NCBI RefSeq assembly: GCF_902459465.1
Contig: NC_047064.1
Location: 15,562,001-15,626,000 of the forward strand
DNA: 64,000 nt
Direction of reading: 5' to 3'
From: Asterias rubens
Lineage: Eukaryota
Below the pieces are notes generated by a model, which was not told the origin of the DNA, made no database searches, and worked only from the letters and a program-made list of their open reading frames with translations. Shown here one piece after another: positions 63,746 to 64,000 of the stretch. Position numbers and translations under genes: made by a program. Numbering within the stretch: position 1 is the stretch's first letter; each line of letters begins with the position of its first letter.

Positions 63746-64000
63746 CACCCGAAGAGTAGCTAGTAGTAATAGTAATACAAGTTAATTATGTGTACTTAAC
63801 ACCATAAAAGCTGGTTTGAATTTAGTTAAACTAATTAGTAGTTATGCTTGCTAGTATGACCATAACCGCTTCCAAACTTTTGAAAAATTGGCATCGGAGA
63901 TTTTTTTTCCCGGAAACTTTACGCCTGCATGTTCAGTTTTTGTTTTGTTTTTTGTTTTCATGTTGGTGAAAGTGCTGGGCTTTTTGAAAATGTTAGCGTT

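Overview
AT-rich, intron-rich animal genomic DNA, probably an echinoderm (sea star-like; inferred from gene content and repeat style, not proven). Gene order: unresolved + strand transcript (~0.3-7.3 kb); two tandem - strand selenoprotein genes of the SelW2/MIEN1(Rdx12) family; a - strand stand-alone HotDog/acyl-ACP-thioesterase-like gene; a 3.1 kb foldback element; a + strand myosin essential light chain; a + strand SLCO/OATP transporter; - strand MRPL32; and exon 1 of PSMA2, head-to-head with MRPL32. The main result, absent from the ORF track, is the selenoprotein pair: each copy has four exons, an in-frame UGA in a CGGU motif, a C-terminal CaaL box and its own type II SECIS about 2 kb downstream. 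The rest is dense in non-autonomous DNA transposons (an abundant TTAA-flanked Kolobok-like family, plus Harbinger-like, hAT-like and 9-bp-TSD MITEs), tRNA-derived SINEs, one L2 fragment and tandem repeats. All gene models were assembled by hand from GT-AG sites and phase matching; no searches were run.
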